Source of the DNA: a virus
Lineage: Duplodnaviria; Caudoviricetes
Reading direction: 5' to 3' (one strand)
DNA length: 26,611 bases
IMG/VR virus record: IMGVR_UViG_3300035534_000170
Location: 1 to 26,611 of that record
The notes beneath the pieces were generated by a model. That model was given only the letters and a program-made list of their open reading frames with translations. It was not told the origin of the DNA and searched no databases. The translations under genes and the position numbers were made by a program. Of the stretch, positions 1 through 9,981 are shown piece after piece; positions within the stretch are counted from its first letter, which is position 1, and each line of letters begins with the position of its first letter.

Positions 1-2
1 TG

Positions 3-254
3 GTTAATAAAGCTAAGTTCGATGAACCAATGGATGCAAAAGATTTAGCTTTTGAAGCAATGAAATCTGATAAGAAAAAAGCTGGTCAGTATCTTAACAA
101 TGTTAGAGAAGATACTGAAGAGTCAGGGGTAGAAGATGTAGAAGCTAACAATTCAGCCGAAGAAGATTCTGGCCCTAAAAATGTGGATGATAAAGCTAAA
201 AGTATAGTCGCTAAATTTGACGCTAAAAGGAGAGGAGTGAAGATTGATGGCTAA
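3..254 (+). CDS. C-terminal part (5'-truncated) of probable Clp-type head maturation protease/scaffold
   Basis: Frame is open from the window start (VNKAKFDEPMDAKDLAFEAMK...). It lies just upstream of the decoration and capsid genes, and the motif resembles phage ClpP C-terminal scaffold regions. Confidence 0.6.
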   Translation, partial: VNKAKFDEPMDAKDLAFEAMKSDKKKAGQYLNNVREDTEESGVEDVEANNSAEEDSGPKNVDDKAKSIVAKFDAKRRGVKIDG

Positions 255-621
255 TTATGAAGTTGTTGCTAACAATGAACCTGATAATTTAATTGCTGGC
301 CACGAAGTTCCACTATTGACAACCGGTTTAGTAATTTTAGAAGGTCAGGGCACTTTAGAAAGAGGAACTGTTTTAGGTGTTGTTTCCGCTTCTGGCAAAG
401 GTAAGCTTTGCGATAATGCAAGTGCTGATGGAAGTGAAGTTGCTAAATATGTTTTGCCAGAAGATGTTGATACTTCCGGAGGAGATGTAACTTTAGCAGT
501 TTGGAAATCAGGTATTTTTAATAGAAATGCTGTAATTTTCGGTGGAGAGGATACCCCTGCTGATCATGAAGAAGAATTAAGAGATGTGAATATACATCTT
601 AGAGATTCTGTTAATTACTAA
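247..621 (+). CDS. Head decoration protein (lambda gpD-like)
   Basis: ~124 aa with GTLERGTVLG and GIFNRNAVIF motifs, located between protease and major capsid; RBS GGAGTGA upstream. Confidence 0.8.
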   Translation: MANYEVVANNEPDNLIAGHEVPLLTTGLVILEGQGTLERGTVLGVVSASGKGKLCDNASADGSEVAKYVLPEDVDTSGGDVTLAVWKSGIFNRNAVIFGGEDTPADHEEELRDVNIHLRDSVNY

Positions 622-640
622 ATTTAAGGAGGAAATATAA

Positions 641-1702
641 ATGGCTAATGAAATTAATTTAAACAACCCTCGCACTATGAAACCTGCTAGATCAAAAAAT
701 ATGCCAGTTACGACTTTTATTCGCGACACATTTTTTGGTCAGGCACATACTTTTTTAACAAAAACTGTTGACGTAGATTTTAGAAAAGGAGGACGACAGA
801 TAGCTCCTTTTGTAGCTAAAAATGTTGGTGGTATTAACATGGAAAGAAAAGGCTTTGAAACCAAAAACTATGAGCCACCTAAAATTGCACCTCAAAGGCC
901 TTTGAGTCCTGAAGTTTTAGAACCTAGACTTCCAGGAGAAACGGTACACACAACTCAATCCCCGGAAGAAAGACAAGATTATTTTCTAGAGCAGGATTCT
1001 CAAGAGATGGAAGATTCAATTTCTCGCAGAGAAGAACTTATGTGTTCTGAACTTTTAACAGATGGAAAAGTAACTGTTAAAGGTTATATCGATAATGATT
1101 TAACTAACTTCAGAACAGATGAAGTGGATTACCAGTTTAATAATAAAACAATATTAACTGGAACTGATGCTTGGGATGATCCTGGAGCAACTAAATATAA
1201 AGATCTAGACAAAGCTGTAGAAAATGTTCATAAAGCTGGTTATAATGCTGAAATGGCCATTATCGGGCAGGATGCATGGGCGGATCTATCAAGCGATAGT
1301 GATTTCAAAGATAAATTAGATAACAGAAGAATGGAAATGGGAATGATTAATCCTGAATTTAGAACAGTCGATGGCCATGGGGTTAAATATCTTGGCTTCA
1401 TCAGTGATTTAGGAATTGATTTTTATACTTATTATTCCTGGTACATGGATTATGATGGTGTAATTAAACCTTATTTTCCATCTGATCATGTTGCAATTGC
1501 TCCTAAAGGAATTGGAGAAATGCTATATGCAGCTGTTACTCAGCTTGAAGATGATAAAAGATATCATACTTATGAGGGAACTAGAGTTCCTAAGATATTT
1601 GCTGATACCAGTAATGATGTTATGACATTCAGAATGACTTCAAAACCTTTACCAGCACCATTTGATATTGACAGCTGGCAAGTACTTGACACTAGAGGTT
1701 AA
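641..1702 (+). CDS. Major capsid protein (lambda gpE family)
   Basis: 353 aa with FIRDTFF, IAPFV, PPKIAP, ISRREELMC and SKPLPAP motifs typical of the family; strong RBS AAGGAGG. Confidence 0.92.
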   Translation: MANEINLNNPRTMKPARSKNMPVTTFIRDTFFGQAHTFLTKTVDVDFRKGGRQIAPFVAKNVGGINMERKGFETKNYEPPKIAPQRPLSPEVLEPRLPGETVHTTQSPEERQDYFLEQDSQEMEDSISRREELMCSELLTDGKVTVKGYIDNDLTNFRTDEVDYQFNNKTILTGTDAWDDPGATKYKDLDKAVENVHKAGYNAEMAIIGQDAWADLSSDSDFKDKLDNRRMEMGMINPEFRTVDGHGVKYLGFISDLGIDFYTYYSWYMDYDGVIKPYFPSDHVAIAPKGIGEMLYAAVTQLEDDKRYHTYEGTRVPKIFADTSNDVMTFRMTSKPLPAPFDIDSWQVLDTRG

Positions 1703-1717
1703 TAAAGGAGGTAAATT

Positions 1718-2137
1718 ATGTTTAGAGTAACTCACGGCAAAGTTAGATTTAATAAAACTTTATATGGAGAAAATGAAAAGGCCGGAGATATGATTTCTGG
1801 CCTTTCTGCATCTCAAGAAAAAAGTTTAGCTGAAAAAGGCTATGGGGAAATTATAAAAGATGTCAAAAAGAAAGAAAGCTCTGAATCTGATGGCCCGGGT
1901 GGAGAAAAAGAGCCTGAAATTATTCCAGATGATTTCACTGTTGAAGAAGTCGAAAAATTAATTTCTGAGACTGATGATCTGGATGAGCTTTATGACATGC
2001 TGGATTTTGAAAGAGAAACTAAGAATAGAAAAGGGGTTGTATCCCCACTTGAAGAGAAAATTGGTGAAATGGAAGAACCACCAGAAGAAGGGGAAGTGAA
2101 TGTTGATTTAGATCCTGATCAAGTAATCACTGATTAA
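1718..2137 (+). CDS. Acidic head-associated protein (position of lambda FI-like packaging accessory) with a small C-terminal helical domain
   Basis: RBS AAGGAGGT; follows the capsid gene; TVEEV...ERETKNRKGVV helical motif. Confidence 0.5.
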   Translation: MFRVTHGKVRFNKTLYGENEKAGDMISGLSASQEKSLAEKGYGEIIKDVKKKESSESDGPGGEKEPEIIPDDFTVEEVEKLISETDDLDELYDMLDFERETKNRKGVVSPLEEKIGEMEEPPEEGEVNVDLDPDQVITD

Positions 2138-2140
2138 GGT

Positions 2141-2482
2141 GTGATATTAATGCCAAAATTAAAAGATTACTTACAATCTGATCTTGATATTTTCATGAAC
2201 ACTGATGAATTTGCTGAACCTCACACTGTTAATAATACTGACATGGATGTAATTATTGATAATGACATGATTGAAAAATGGGGTAAAAACAGACAGACTG
2301 GGTTTAAGGATCCTACCGGAATTTATAATGCAGATATGCTGATTATTGTTAAAGCTGCAGATTATGGAGATAAACCTTTACCTGGAGAAAATATCCGCTT
2401 TGACGGTGACTTGTACCAGGTAGCAGATGCAAAAGAAGAAACAGGATCATACCTGATCGGATTGGTGGCGAATTTCTCATGA
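2141..2482 (+). CDS. Head-tail joining/head closure protein (lambda FII-like); likely start ATG 2150
   Basis: DLDIFMNTDEFAE N-terminus and PLPGENIRFDGDLYQV beta motif; synteny. Confidence 0.7.
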   Translation: MILMPKLKDYLQSDLDIFMNTDEFAEPHTVNNTDMDVIIDNDMIEKWGKNRQTGFKDPTGIYNADMLIIVKAADYGDKPLPGENIRFDGDLYQVADAKEETGSYLIGLVANFS

Positions 2483-3033
2483 TAGAAATATCCGATAATT
2501 TAATTAAAGAAATTGAGAAAACTCTGGGAAGATATAAGAGTAAAGCTCCTGTAGTTTTATATAGAGCTCTTAATAGAGCTGTATCAACTGCAAGAGCTTC
2601 CGCTGCTAAAAAGACAAAAAAAGAATATCACATTAAATCTAGTGATGTTAAAAAAACAATAACTACGATTAAAGCTCGCAGGTCTGACCTGGGAGCTTCT
2701 CTAGTTTCTGAGGGAGAACACGTACCTCTAGATAAATTCCGGTATAAACCTAGAAACCCCAGGCCATCTAATCCTCCTCAGCTAAAAGTTGCTATCAAAA
2801 GGGATGGCTATAAAGATTTAAAAGATGCTTTTGTTACTGATGTGAATGGCAACAAAATTTTTAAAAGAGTTGGCCAGGATAGATTGCCTATTTCCAGATT
2901 ATCTGGTCCGGCTGTACCGCAAATGATTGCCAATGAAGATACTGCAGATTTTACAGAAAAACAGGCAGAAGCAACATTTTTCAAAAGGTTAGATCATGAA
3001 ATCAAAAGATTAGTTGTGGAGAGTGGTAAATAA
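2479..3033 (+). CDS. Minor tail/neck protein Z (lambda gpZ-like)
   Basis: Basic protein with RALNRA, RLPISRLSGPAVPQM and RLDHEI motifs. Confidence 0.8.
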   Translation: MIEISDNLIKEIEKTLGRYKSKAPVVLYRALNRAVSTARASAAKKTKKEYHIKSSDVKKTITTIKARRSDLGASLVSEGEHVPLDKFRYKPRNPRPSNPPQLKVAIKRDGYKDLKDAFVTDVNGNKIFKRVGQDRLPISRLSGPAVPQMIANEDTADFTEKQAEATFFKRLDHEIKRLVVESGK

Positions 3034-3500
3034 TGATACCAGTATTATTTCAAAAACATTTAGTAGAGGAAGAACTGCCAGATCTTTTTAAAGACGTCAC
3101 TCTAATTAATTCAAAAAAAGAAGCATCAAAATTAAATTTCCACAAACAATATTTACCACAGAAAAATAGAAATAAAGAAGATTTTCCATATATAAATGTC
3201 ATTTTACTCAATGGTGAAAGACAGGACGAACAGTCCGGTAATATGGCTCACGTCTTATTTATGGCCGGTGTTTATGATGAAAATGAAAATAACCAGGGAT
3301 ATCAAGATAGTTTTATATTAATCAATAAGTTATATCAGCATATTAACAGCAAAAGAATTATTAAAAATAAATATGTTTTAGAGTTTCCAGTCAAATGGAT
3401 GACTAACGATGATGTGACTTATCCTTATTTTTATACTGCACTGGAAACTTACTGGTCTATCGCAAAACAAGAACAATCGCACGAAAATTTATATTTATAA
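3033..3500 (+). CDS. Tail terminator/completion protein
   Basis: Directly before the sheath gene; DFPYINV and FPVKW...TYPYF motifs; TAATG coupling. Confidence 0.6.
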   Translation: MIPVLFQKHLVEEELPDLFKDVTLINSKKEASKLNFHKQYLPQKNRNKEDFPYINVILLNGERQDEQSGNMAHVLFMAGVYDENENNQGYQDSFILINKLYQHINSKRIIKNKYVLEFPVKWMTNDDVTYPYFYTALETYWSIAKQEQSHENLYL

Positions 3501-3512
3501 GGAGTGAAATTA

Positions 3513-4985
3513 ATGGCTTATGAACACGGTGTTTATATCGAAGAACAGGCAACCTCGTTAACTCCACCTGTTGAAGTTGCAAGTGCTGTGCAAATTATTA
3601 TTGGCACTACACCAGTCAACCTGGCAGATGATCCAAATGCAGCTGTAAACAAACCTGTTATTGCTTACAGTTTTAGAGAAGCATCAGAAAAAGTAGGTTA
3701 TTCTGACGACTTCGAAAAGTTTACAGCCTGTCAGTCAATTGATGCATCTTTTAGAGTATTTAATGTTGCACCAATTATTATTGTTAATGTTTTAGATCCT
3801 GAACAACACAATATAGCTGTGACTGAAGAAATACACGCTATTAACAGAGACGAAGTAGTTATTGAAGAAGAAGGAATTATGTTAAATGAAGAATTTGTAG
3901 TAAAAAGCGAAGATGGAACAACTACTTATGATAAAGGTGCTGATTATGAAGTTTCCTTTAATGATGATGGATTTGTAAAATTGGAAGTCATTGAAGAGGG
4001 ATCTATAGATACTGCCAGTGAAACCTCTTTATCTTTTGATTATACTCAGCTTGATCCTGATGCAATTACAAAAGAAGATATAATCGGAGGTTATGATAAT
4101 ACTACAGGTAGATACAAAGGGCTTGAAAATGTAGAACAAGTTTTTCCTAGACTATCAATGTTACCTGGTCTGATTTTGGCACCTGGATGGAGTCACAATC
4201 CATCTGTAGCAATTGCTATGACTGCTAAGACAACCAATATTAATGAAGTCTTCTCTGCTGTAGCGATCGCTGACATAGATTCTTCCGAAACAAATGGAGT
4301 TGTCGAATACAGTGAGGTAGCAGCCTGGAAAAATGACAATGGATATAATGATAAAAACCTTATTGCTGCATGGCCAAAAGTTACAGTAGGAGATAAGGTT
4401 TATTATTATAGTGCTATTTTGGGACCGTTAACAGCCTTTGTTGATGATGAAAATGGAGGAGTTCCTTATGTAACTCCATCGAATAAATCAGCTAGAATTA
4501 CCGGTACTGTTTTAGAAAGCGGAGAAGAAGTTTATTTAGGACAGGGACAGGCTAATTCGCTTAATGGAAACGGAATCATAACAGCTATTAACTGGAGAGG
4601 TTGGAAAGCCTGGGGAAGCAGAACTTCTGTTTATCCTTCAAGCACCGATCCTAAAGACTCGTTTATTCCGGTCCGAAGGATGTTTGTTTGGTGGGGCAAT
4701 ACTTTTATTGAAACTTATTTCCAACGTGTAGATGATCCTCTAAACAGGCGTCTTATCGAAAATGTAGTTGACAGTGAAAATATTAGAGCTAACGGATTTA
4801 AAGCTAGACAACAGATAGCGGGAGCAAGAATGGAATATCTTGAAGAAGAAAATCCACTTACTGATATTATTGATGGAAAAATAAGATTCCACCAATATCT
4901 AACTCCTTTCCCTCCTGCCAGATCTATTACTAATGTGCTAGAATTTGATCCTTACGCTCTGCAGGCTCAGCTCGGAGGTGAATAA
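3513..4985 (+). CDS. Contractile tail sheath protein
   Basis: HGVYIEE N-terminus, PGLILAPGWS, WPKV, PSNK, WGSRT and FIPVRRM motifs. Confidence 0.93.
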   Translation: MAYEHGVYIEEQATSLTPPVEVASAVQIIIGTTPVNLADDPNAAVNKPVIAYSFREASEKVGYSDDFEKFTACQSIDASFRVFNVAPIIIVNVLDPEQHNIAVTEEIHAINRDEVVIEEEGIMLNEEFVVKSEDGTTTYDKGADYEVSFNDDGFVKLEVIEEGSIDTASETSLSFDYTQLDPDAITKEDIIGGYDNTTGRYKGLENVEQVFPRLSMLPGLILAPGWSHNPSVAIAMTAKTTNINEVFSAVAIADIDSSETNGVVEYSEVAAWKNDNGYNDKNLIAAWPKVTVGDKVYYYSAILGPLTAFVDDENGGVPYVTPSNKSARITGTVLESGEEVYLGQGQANSLNGNGIITAINWRGWKAWGSRTSVYPSSTDPKDSFIPVRRMFVWWGNTFIETYFQRVDDPLNRRLIENVVDSENIRANGFKARQQIAGARMEYLEEENPLTDIIDGKIRFHQYLTPFPPARSITNVLEFDPYALQAQLGGE

Positions 4986-4988
4986 TAG

Positions 4989-5510
4989 ATGCCAGTAAAT
5001 CCAATTCCTGAAAAGGTAGTCAATTATAATTTGTATAAAGAAGGTAATCGATTATTAGGAGTGACTGGAGAAGTTACACTCCCGAATCTTGAAGCTATGA
5101 CTGAAACAGTTTCTGGCCCGGGAATTGCCGGAGAATATGAAAGTCCAACTCCCGGCCATTTTGGTAGCATGGAAATTGAAATACCTTATAGAACTTTATC
5201 CGGTGAAGCTACAAGTTTTATGCCGGCTAAAACAACAACAATCACTTTGAGAGCATCTCAGCAGGTAAATGATACTGCTGCAGGAGAGACAACTTATCAA
5301 GGTGTTAAGATCACAATGAAAGTTGCTCCAAAAAACTTTAATTTAGGAACAATGGGGGTTGGCCAGCCAACTGAATCAGCCAATACCCTGGAAGTTCTGT
5401 ATATAAAAATTGATATTGATGGAGAAACAAAGCTTGAATACGATAAGTTGAACTTTATTTTTAGTGTAGACGGAGAAGATCAATTGGCACAAGTAAGAGA
5501 ACAAATATAA
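4989..5510 (+). CDS. Major tail tube protein (P2 FII-like)
   Basis: EVTLPNL, GPGIAGE and YIKIDIDGE...DKLN...VDGED motifs; follows the sheath gene. Confidence 0.9.
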   Translation: MPVNPIPEKVVNYNLYKEGNRLLGVTGEVTLPNLEAMTETVSGPGIAGEYESPTPGHFGSMEIEIPYRTLSGEATSFMPAKTTTITLRASQQVNDTAAGETTYQGVKITMKVAPKNFNLGTMGVGQPTESANTLEVLYIKIDIDGETKLEYDKLNFIFSVDGEDQLAQVREQI

Positions 5511-5523
5511 TAGGAGGTAAATT

Positions 5524-5832
5524 ATGCCTAATAAAAATGATAATCCTTTAATTTTGGACTTTAAAAAACCAATTAAATTTGAAGGTAAAGATTTCGATAA
5601 GATAGATTTAACTGGTTTAGAAAAACTTACAACTAAAGACCTTTTAGAAGTAGAAAAACAGTTCAGCATGGAGGGCAATTTTGCAGCTCAGCCAGAATCA
5701 AGTGTAGCTTATGCAAGGTTAATGGCTGAAAGAGTAACTGATCAACCGCTAGAATTTTTTGATCAATTAAATGCAAAAGCAATGATCAGAGTCAAAAATG
5801 CTGTGATGAATTTTTTCTACGGAGAGGAATAA
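5524..5832 (+). CDS. Tail assembly chaperone (P2 E / Mu gp41-like)
   Basis: ~100 aa between tube and tape measure; ends in NFF on a slippery T-run. Confidence 0.85.
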   Translation: MPNKNDNPLILDFKKPIKFEGKDFDKIDLTGLEKLTTKDLLEVEKQFSMEGNFAAQPESSVAYARLMAERVTDQPLEFFDQLNAKAMIRVKNAVMNFFYGEE

Positions 5833-5978
5833 AACCAAGAGACGGACAGGAGTTGAGAAAAGTTTCTGTCCGTCTGTCTATTAATACAAATACCAGCTTA
5901 GAGTTTTATATCAATTTAGAATTTGAGGATCTATTAGATGTAGCAAAAGATATAGAGGAGGCGACTAAAAATGGCTAG
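5811..5978 (+). CDS. -1 frameshift extension of the tail chaperone (E+E'-like), not in the ORF track
   Basis: Slippery T TTT TTC at 5811-5817. The -1 frame is open to TAG at 5976-5978 (LRRGIKPRDGQELRKVSVRLSINTNTSLEFYINLEFEDLLDVAKDIEEATKNG) and fills the gap up to the tape measure gene. Confidence 0.8.
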   Translation, partial: FFLRRGIKPRDGQELRKVSVRLSINTNTSLEFYINLEFEDLLDVAKDIEEATKNG

Positions 5979-8187
5979 CCGGACAACTTACCAAACACAA
6001 TTTTTGCTAGGTGCTAAAGTTCAATCTAGCATGGGAAAATCATTTTCTAAAGTGCAAAAAAATATGAAAAATATCAGAAATAGTGCCGGCTATACAGAAA
6101 GCGCCTACCAAAAATTAGGAAGAACAATCAAAACCGCTCTGGGAGCTGCAGGTATATATTTTAGTGCCAGAACTATAGTTAATTCTTTAAGATCTGCCAC
6201 AGATGCAGCAATGAAATTTGAAGATCAGATGGCAGATGTAGGAACCCTTTTAGATGGTGATGCACAAAAAAAGCTGGACAAATACGGAAAACAGGTGTCG
6301 CAGACTGCTATAGATACAGGTATATCTCATTCCGAACTAACAAAAGGACTTTATGAGACAATATCTGCACTTGGAGAAGGAGCAGACACTTATGAAATAT
6401 TTAGAAAAGCAGCAGAAAATGCCCGCGGTGGTAATGCAGATGTTCAAAATGTAGTGAAATTCCTCTCCGCAACAATGAAAGGTTATGGAGATGTAAGTGC
6501 AGAAACAGCTCAAAAAGTTTCTGACTTAGGTTTTCAAACTGTAAAATTAGGTCAAACCAGTTTTCCAGAATTATCTCAGCATATGGGAAATGTAATTCCT
6601 CTTGCCGGAGAAATGGGAACTGAGATGGAATCTGTTTTTGGAGCTATGGCAACTCTTACTGGTGTGACTGGTGATACTGCAAAAGTTTCAACTCAGTTAA
6701 GAGGAGTTTTTGCAGCTCTTACCAAACCCTCTTCAAAAATGAAAGAAGTTATGAATGGACTTGGTTATGAATCAGGTAAAGCTATGATTGAAGCAAAAGG
6801 TTTTCAGGGTTCTTTGAATTTACTTAGAAAAGCTACCGGTGGATCAGAAGAAATGCTTTCTCAAATGTTTGGAAGAGTAGAAGCACTGAATGCAGTATTA
6901 GCTTTAACCGGAACTCAATCTGATAATTTTACTGAAAAAACTGAAGCTATGTATAATGCTGTAGGAGCTAGTAATGACGCTTTTCAAGATAAAATAAATA
7001 CTTCAAAAGCATTAAGAGAGAGATTTGGAGAATTAGCTTATTTCTTAAAAATACAGGTTGGCAATCAAATATTACCTTATATTAATTCTGGTTTAGAGTT
7101 TCTTTTAAATAATTATCAAGATATTGGAGCTCAAGCTAGAGCTGCAATGGAGCCAGTAGTCTCAACTTATAATTTCATAAAACAAAACTGGTCCACTATC
7201 GAGCCTATTGTTGTAGGAATAACTTCTGCACTTGTAGCTTATAAAGTAGCACAAATTGCAGTAACAGCTGCTCAAAAAGCAGGAATGATAGTGCAAAGTA
7301 TATCCAAAGCTTATAGCACTTTTCAGACAACAATGAATGCAGCAAGATATTCAACTTTAGCAGCCAGTAAGGCACAGGTAGCACTTAACCTGGCAATGTC
7401 AGCAAATCCAATTGTAGCAGTAGCAATAGCAGTTGGATTATTAGCTACAGCAGGTTATCTTTTATACAAAAACTGGGACAAAATTCTACCTAAACTTAAG
7501 GCTTTTTATAATCTGATTAAAGAACTGCCAGTTGTAGATGCTTTTATAAGTGGTATAACTGATATAAAAGACTCTGCCATTCAGACATTTAATGGAATAG
7601 TTGATTTTGTAAGTGGTGTATTTACTGGTAACTGGTCAAAAGCATGGGATGGAGCGGTCCAGGCTGTTGGTGGATCATTCTCTATATTAGGAGATTTAAT
7701 TAAATTCCCTATAAATAATACTATTGGGCTAATTAATACTGCTTTATCAGGTATAAGTAGTATAGATGTATCAATACCTGACTGGGTGCCAGGGGTCGGA
7801 GGAAAAAGTTTTGGCCCGGATATTCCTGAAATTCCTATGCTGGCAAAAGGAACAAATAATTTTGCTGGAGGAATGGCAATAGTCGGAGAAAAAGGACCAG
7901 AACTGGTTAATATGCCTCACGGAACTCAAGTCACTAAAGCAAGTAAAACAGAAACTATCATTCAGAAACTTAAAGAAATGCCTTCGAGAGCAACACAAGC
8001 TCTTAATAACCTTGTCACAAATAATTCAACTACTAATAACCAAAAATTTAGTATAACTATTGAAAATATAATTAAGGGAAATCCAGATGAAGAAACATTA
8101 AACAAATCAAATCGAGAATTAAGAGACATGATAGAAGAAGTAATTAAAGATTTTGGTGGAGATCCTAGAGTTGATTTTGGAAGTTGA
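5971..8187 (+). CDS. Tail tape measure protein (TP901-type core)
   Basis: 738 aa, Ala/Gly-rich helical; AMKFEDQMADV, LGQTSFPEL, ANPI, GNWSKAWDG and VGEKGPELV motifs. Confidence 0.92.
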   Translation: MASRTTYQTQFLLGAKVQSSMGKSFSKVQKNMKNIRNSAGYTESAYQKLGRTIKTALGAAGIYFSARTIVNSLRSATDAAMKFEDQMADVGTLLDGDAQKKLDKYGKQVSQTAIDTGISHSELTKGLYETISALGEGADTYEIFRKAAENARGGNADVQNVVKFLSATMKGYGDVSAETAQKVSDLGFQTVKLGQTSFPELSQHMGNVIPLAGEMGTEMESVFGAMATLTGVTGDTAKVSTQLRGVFAALTKPSSKMKEVMNGLGYESGKAMIEAKGFQGSLNLLRKATGGSEEMLSQMFGRVEALNAVLALTGTQSDNFTEKTEAMYNAVGASNDAFQDKINTSKALRERFGELAYFLKIQVGNQILPYINSGLEFLLNNYQDIGAQARAAMEPVVSTYNFIKQNWSTIEPIVVGITSALVAYKVAQIAVTAAQKAGMIVQSISKAYSTFQTTMNAARYSTLAASKAQVALNLAMSANPIVAVAIAVGLLATAGYLLYKNWDKILPKLKAFYNLIKELPVVDAFISGITDIKDSAIQTFNGIVDFVSGVFTGNWSKAWDGAVQAVGGSFSILGDLIKFPINNTIGLINTALSGISSIDVSIPDWVPGVGGKSFGPDIPEIPMLAKGTNNFAGGMAIVGEKGPELVNMPHGTQVTKASKTETIIQKLKEMPSRATQALNNLVTNNSTTNNQKFSITIENIIKGNPDEETLNKSNRELRDMIEEVIKDFGGDPRVDFGS

Positions 8188-8197
8188 GGTGGTTAAC

Positions 8198-8401
8198 TTG
8201 TCATATATAACCAAAACAGGAGAAACTTTTGACAGTATTGCAAAAAATAAAATGGGAAAAGAAAAATATGCTAGAGAATTAATGGAAGCAAATCAGAAAT
8301 ATATTGAGTATGTTTTTCTGCCGGCCGGCATTGAATTGGAAATTCCAGAAGTTGATGAAGAAAGTTCTACTGGAGAAAAAGCACCTCCCTGGAGGGATTA
8401 A
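8198..8401 (+). CDS. Tail protein X (P2 gpX/LysM-like)
   Basis: YITKTGETFDSIA...LMEAN...LPAGIELEIP...PPW; RBS GAGGTGG favours TTG start at 8198 over the track's 8153. Confidence 0.85.
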   Translation: MSYITKTGETFDSIAKNKMGKEKYARELMEANQKYIEYVFLPAGIELEIPEVDEESSTGEKAPPWRD

Positions 8402-8404
8402 ATA

Positions 8405-9412
8405 ATGAAAACTAGAAGAGCTCATCCTATTATATATTACCAGGGAACAAATATTACAGCAGATTTAGAAAATGAAATAAAATCTTTCTCTTTTACTGAT
8501 GTAGCTTCTGGATCTTCTGATTCGATTGGATTAGTTTTACATGATATTACAAAAAAATGGTTATCTAACTGGGCTCCTCAAAAAGGAGATACTATAGAAG
8601 CTTCAATAAAAGTTGAAAACTGGTCTGAGGAAGGTGACAGTAGAACCTTTAGCTGTGGCAGTTTTGTTGTTGACAGACCACGATATAGGGGCCGGCCAAT
8701 AACTTTAAATCTAAATGCTGCAGCTATTCCTAATGATACAAATTTTTCAACAACAGAAAAAAGTAGAACTTGGGATAAAGCAACTTTAGAAAAAATAGCT
8801 CAATCTATTGCCAATGATAATAATTTAAGTTTAGTTTTTGATTCGTCTAATAATCCTACTATTGAATTTATAGAGCAAAGCGAAGTTAGCGATAAATCTT
8901 TTCTTAATGATCTGGCCACCAGGTATGGTGTAGTTATGAAGATTTATAAAGAGCAGATCATTTTATATGATGAAAAAAGTTATGAAGAAAAAGAAACTGC
9001 AGCAACAATTGATATTTCTGAAATAGAGAACTGGGACCTAGATCCCAATTTAACAGACAGCGGTTATGATGGAGCTCATATCAGTTACTTTGATCCAGAA
9101 GATGAAGAACACAAAGATTACACTTTTACTATACCTGGAGAACCGGGCCAGAAAATATTAGAGTTAAATGATATTGTATTTTCCTTATCAGAAGCTGAAT
9201 CGAAAGCAAAAGCTGCCTTAAGAAAGAAAAATAAAAGTGAAATAACTTTAAAAGGATCTATTCCTGGAGGAAGGTTTTTAGTAGCTTCTAACACTGTAGA
9301 AATCACCGGCTTTGGTGTTTATTCCGGTAAATACTATATAGATAGAATAGTTCACACTGTAAAACCATATAAACTTGATTTGACAATGCACAAAGTGATG
9401 GAGGGTTACTAA
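8405..9412 (+). CDS. Baseplate hub / late control D protein (P2 gpD, Mu gp44-like)
   Basis: SFSFTD...SD, EQSEVSDKSFL and GFGVYSGKYYI motifs; synteny. Confidence 0.88.
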   Translation: MKTRRAHPIIYYQGTNITADLENEIKSFSFTDVASGSSDSIGLVLHDITKKWLSNWAPQKGDTIEASIKVENWSEEGDSRTFSCGSFVVDRPRYRGRPITLNLNAAAIPNDTNFSTTEKSRTWDKATLEKIAQSIANDNNLSLVFDSSNNPTIEFIEQSEVSDKSFLNDLATRYGVVMKIYKEQIILYDEKSYEEKETAATIDISEIENWDLDPNLTDSGYDGAHISYFDPEDEEHKDYTFTIPGEPGQKILELNDIVFSLSEAESKAKAALRKKNKSEITLKGSIPGGRFLVASNTVEITGFGVYSGKYYIDRIVHTVKPYKLDLTMHKVMEGY

Positions 9413-9966
9413 TGTTTGGTGTAGATAAAGTGTTAATGAAAATACTAAAAAATATTATTAGGACCGGCAAAGTTTCGAGCATTAATTATGATAAAGGAAC
9501 AGTCAAAGTAACTTTCCCAGATAAAGATGATATTGTAACAAGAGATCTCCCTTATCTATCTTTTGAATACAATATGCCAGATGTAGGTGATACTGTTTTA
9601 TGTGTTTTTTTGCCGAACGGAATCTCTAAAGGGTTTTGCCTGGGCCAGCCCTATAGTCTTAAAAATATGCCGGTCCAGCCCGGGCCACAATATTACTATA
9701 AAAACATTTATGATGAAGCTTTCTATCAATATGATAAGAATACAAAAACTCTTACCATAGATGCAGAAAATATTGTCTTAAATGCAGCTACATCAATAAT
9801 TTTAAAGTCACCAGAAATCACTTTAGATGGAGAAGTTACTGTTACTAAAAACTTAAACGTTAATCAAGATCTATCAGTATCAGGTGAAATTTCTGCAGGA
9901 GGAGACATTACATCTGGTGGATCTATTATTGATACTGCCGGCAACACTAACCACCACACTCACTAG
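9412..9966 (+). CDS. Baseplate central spike (P2 gpV-like)
   Basis: N-terminal OB-fold (RTGKVSSI, MPDVGDTV), beta-helix repeats, and C-terminal HTH metal-binding His motif (TNHHTH). Confidence 0.9.
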   Translation: MFGVDKVLMKILKNIIRTGKVSSINYDKGTVKVTFPDKDDIVTRDLPYLSFEYNMPDVGDTVLCVFLPNGISKGFCLGQPYSLKNMPVQPGPQYYYKNIYDEAFYQYDKNTKTLTIDAENIVLNAATSIILKSPEITLDGEVTVTKNLNVNQDLSVSGEISAGGDITSGGSIIDTAGNTNHHTH

Positions 9967-9981
9967 AAATAAGGTGATTAT

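Noticed and set aside
5376-5678. Antisense or overlapping short ORFs in the track (also 7771-7998, 9118-9306, 10071-10307, 14817-15005, 15498-15764, 17164-17481, 19445-19636, 20079-20294, 22261-22446, 22542-22778, 26378-26593, 26421-26606)
   Set aside because: They lie opposite well-supported genes, have no recognisable motifs, and show Phe/Ser/Leu-rich shadow composition.
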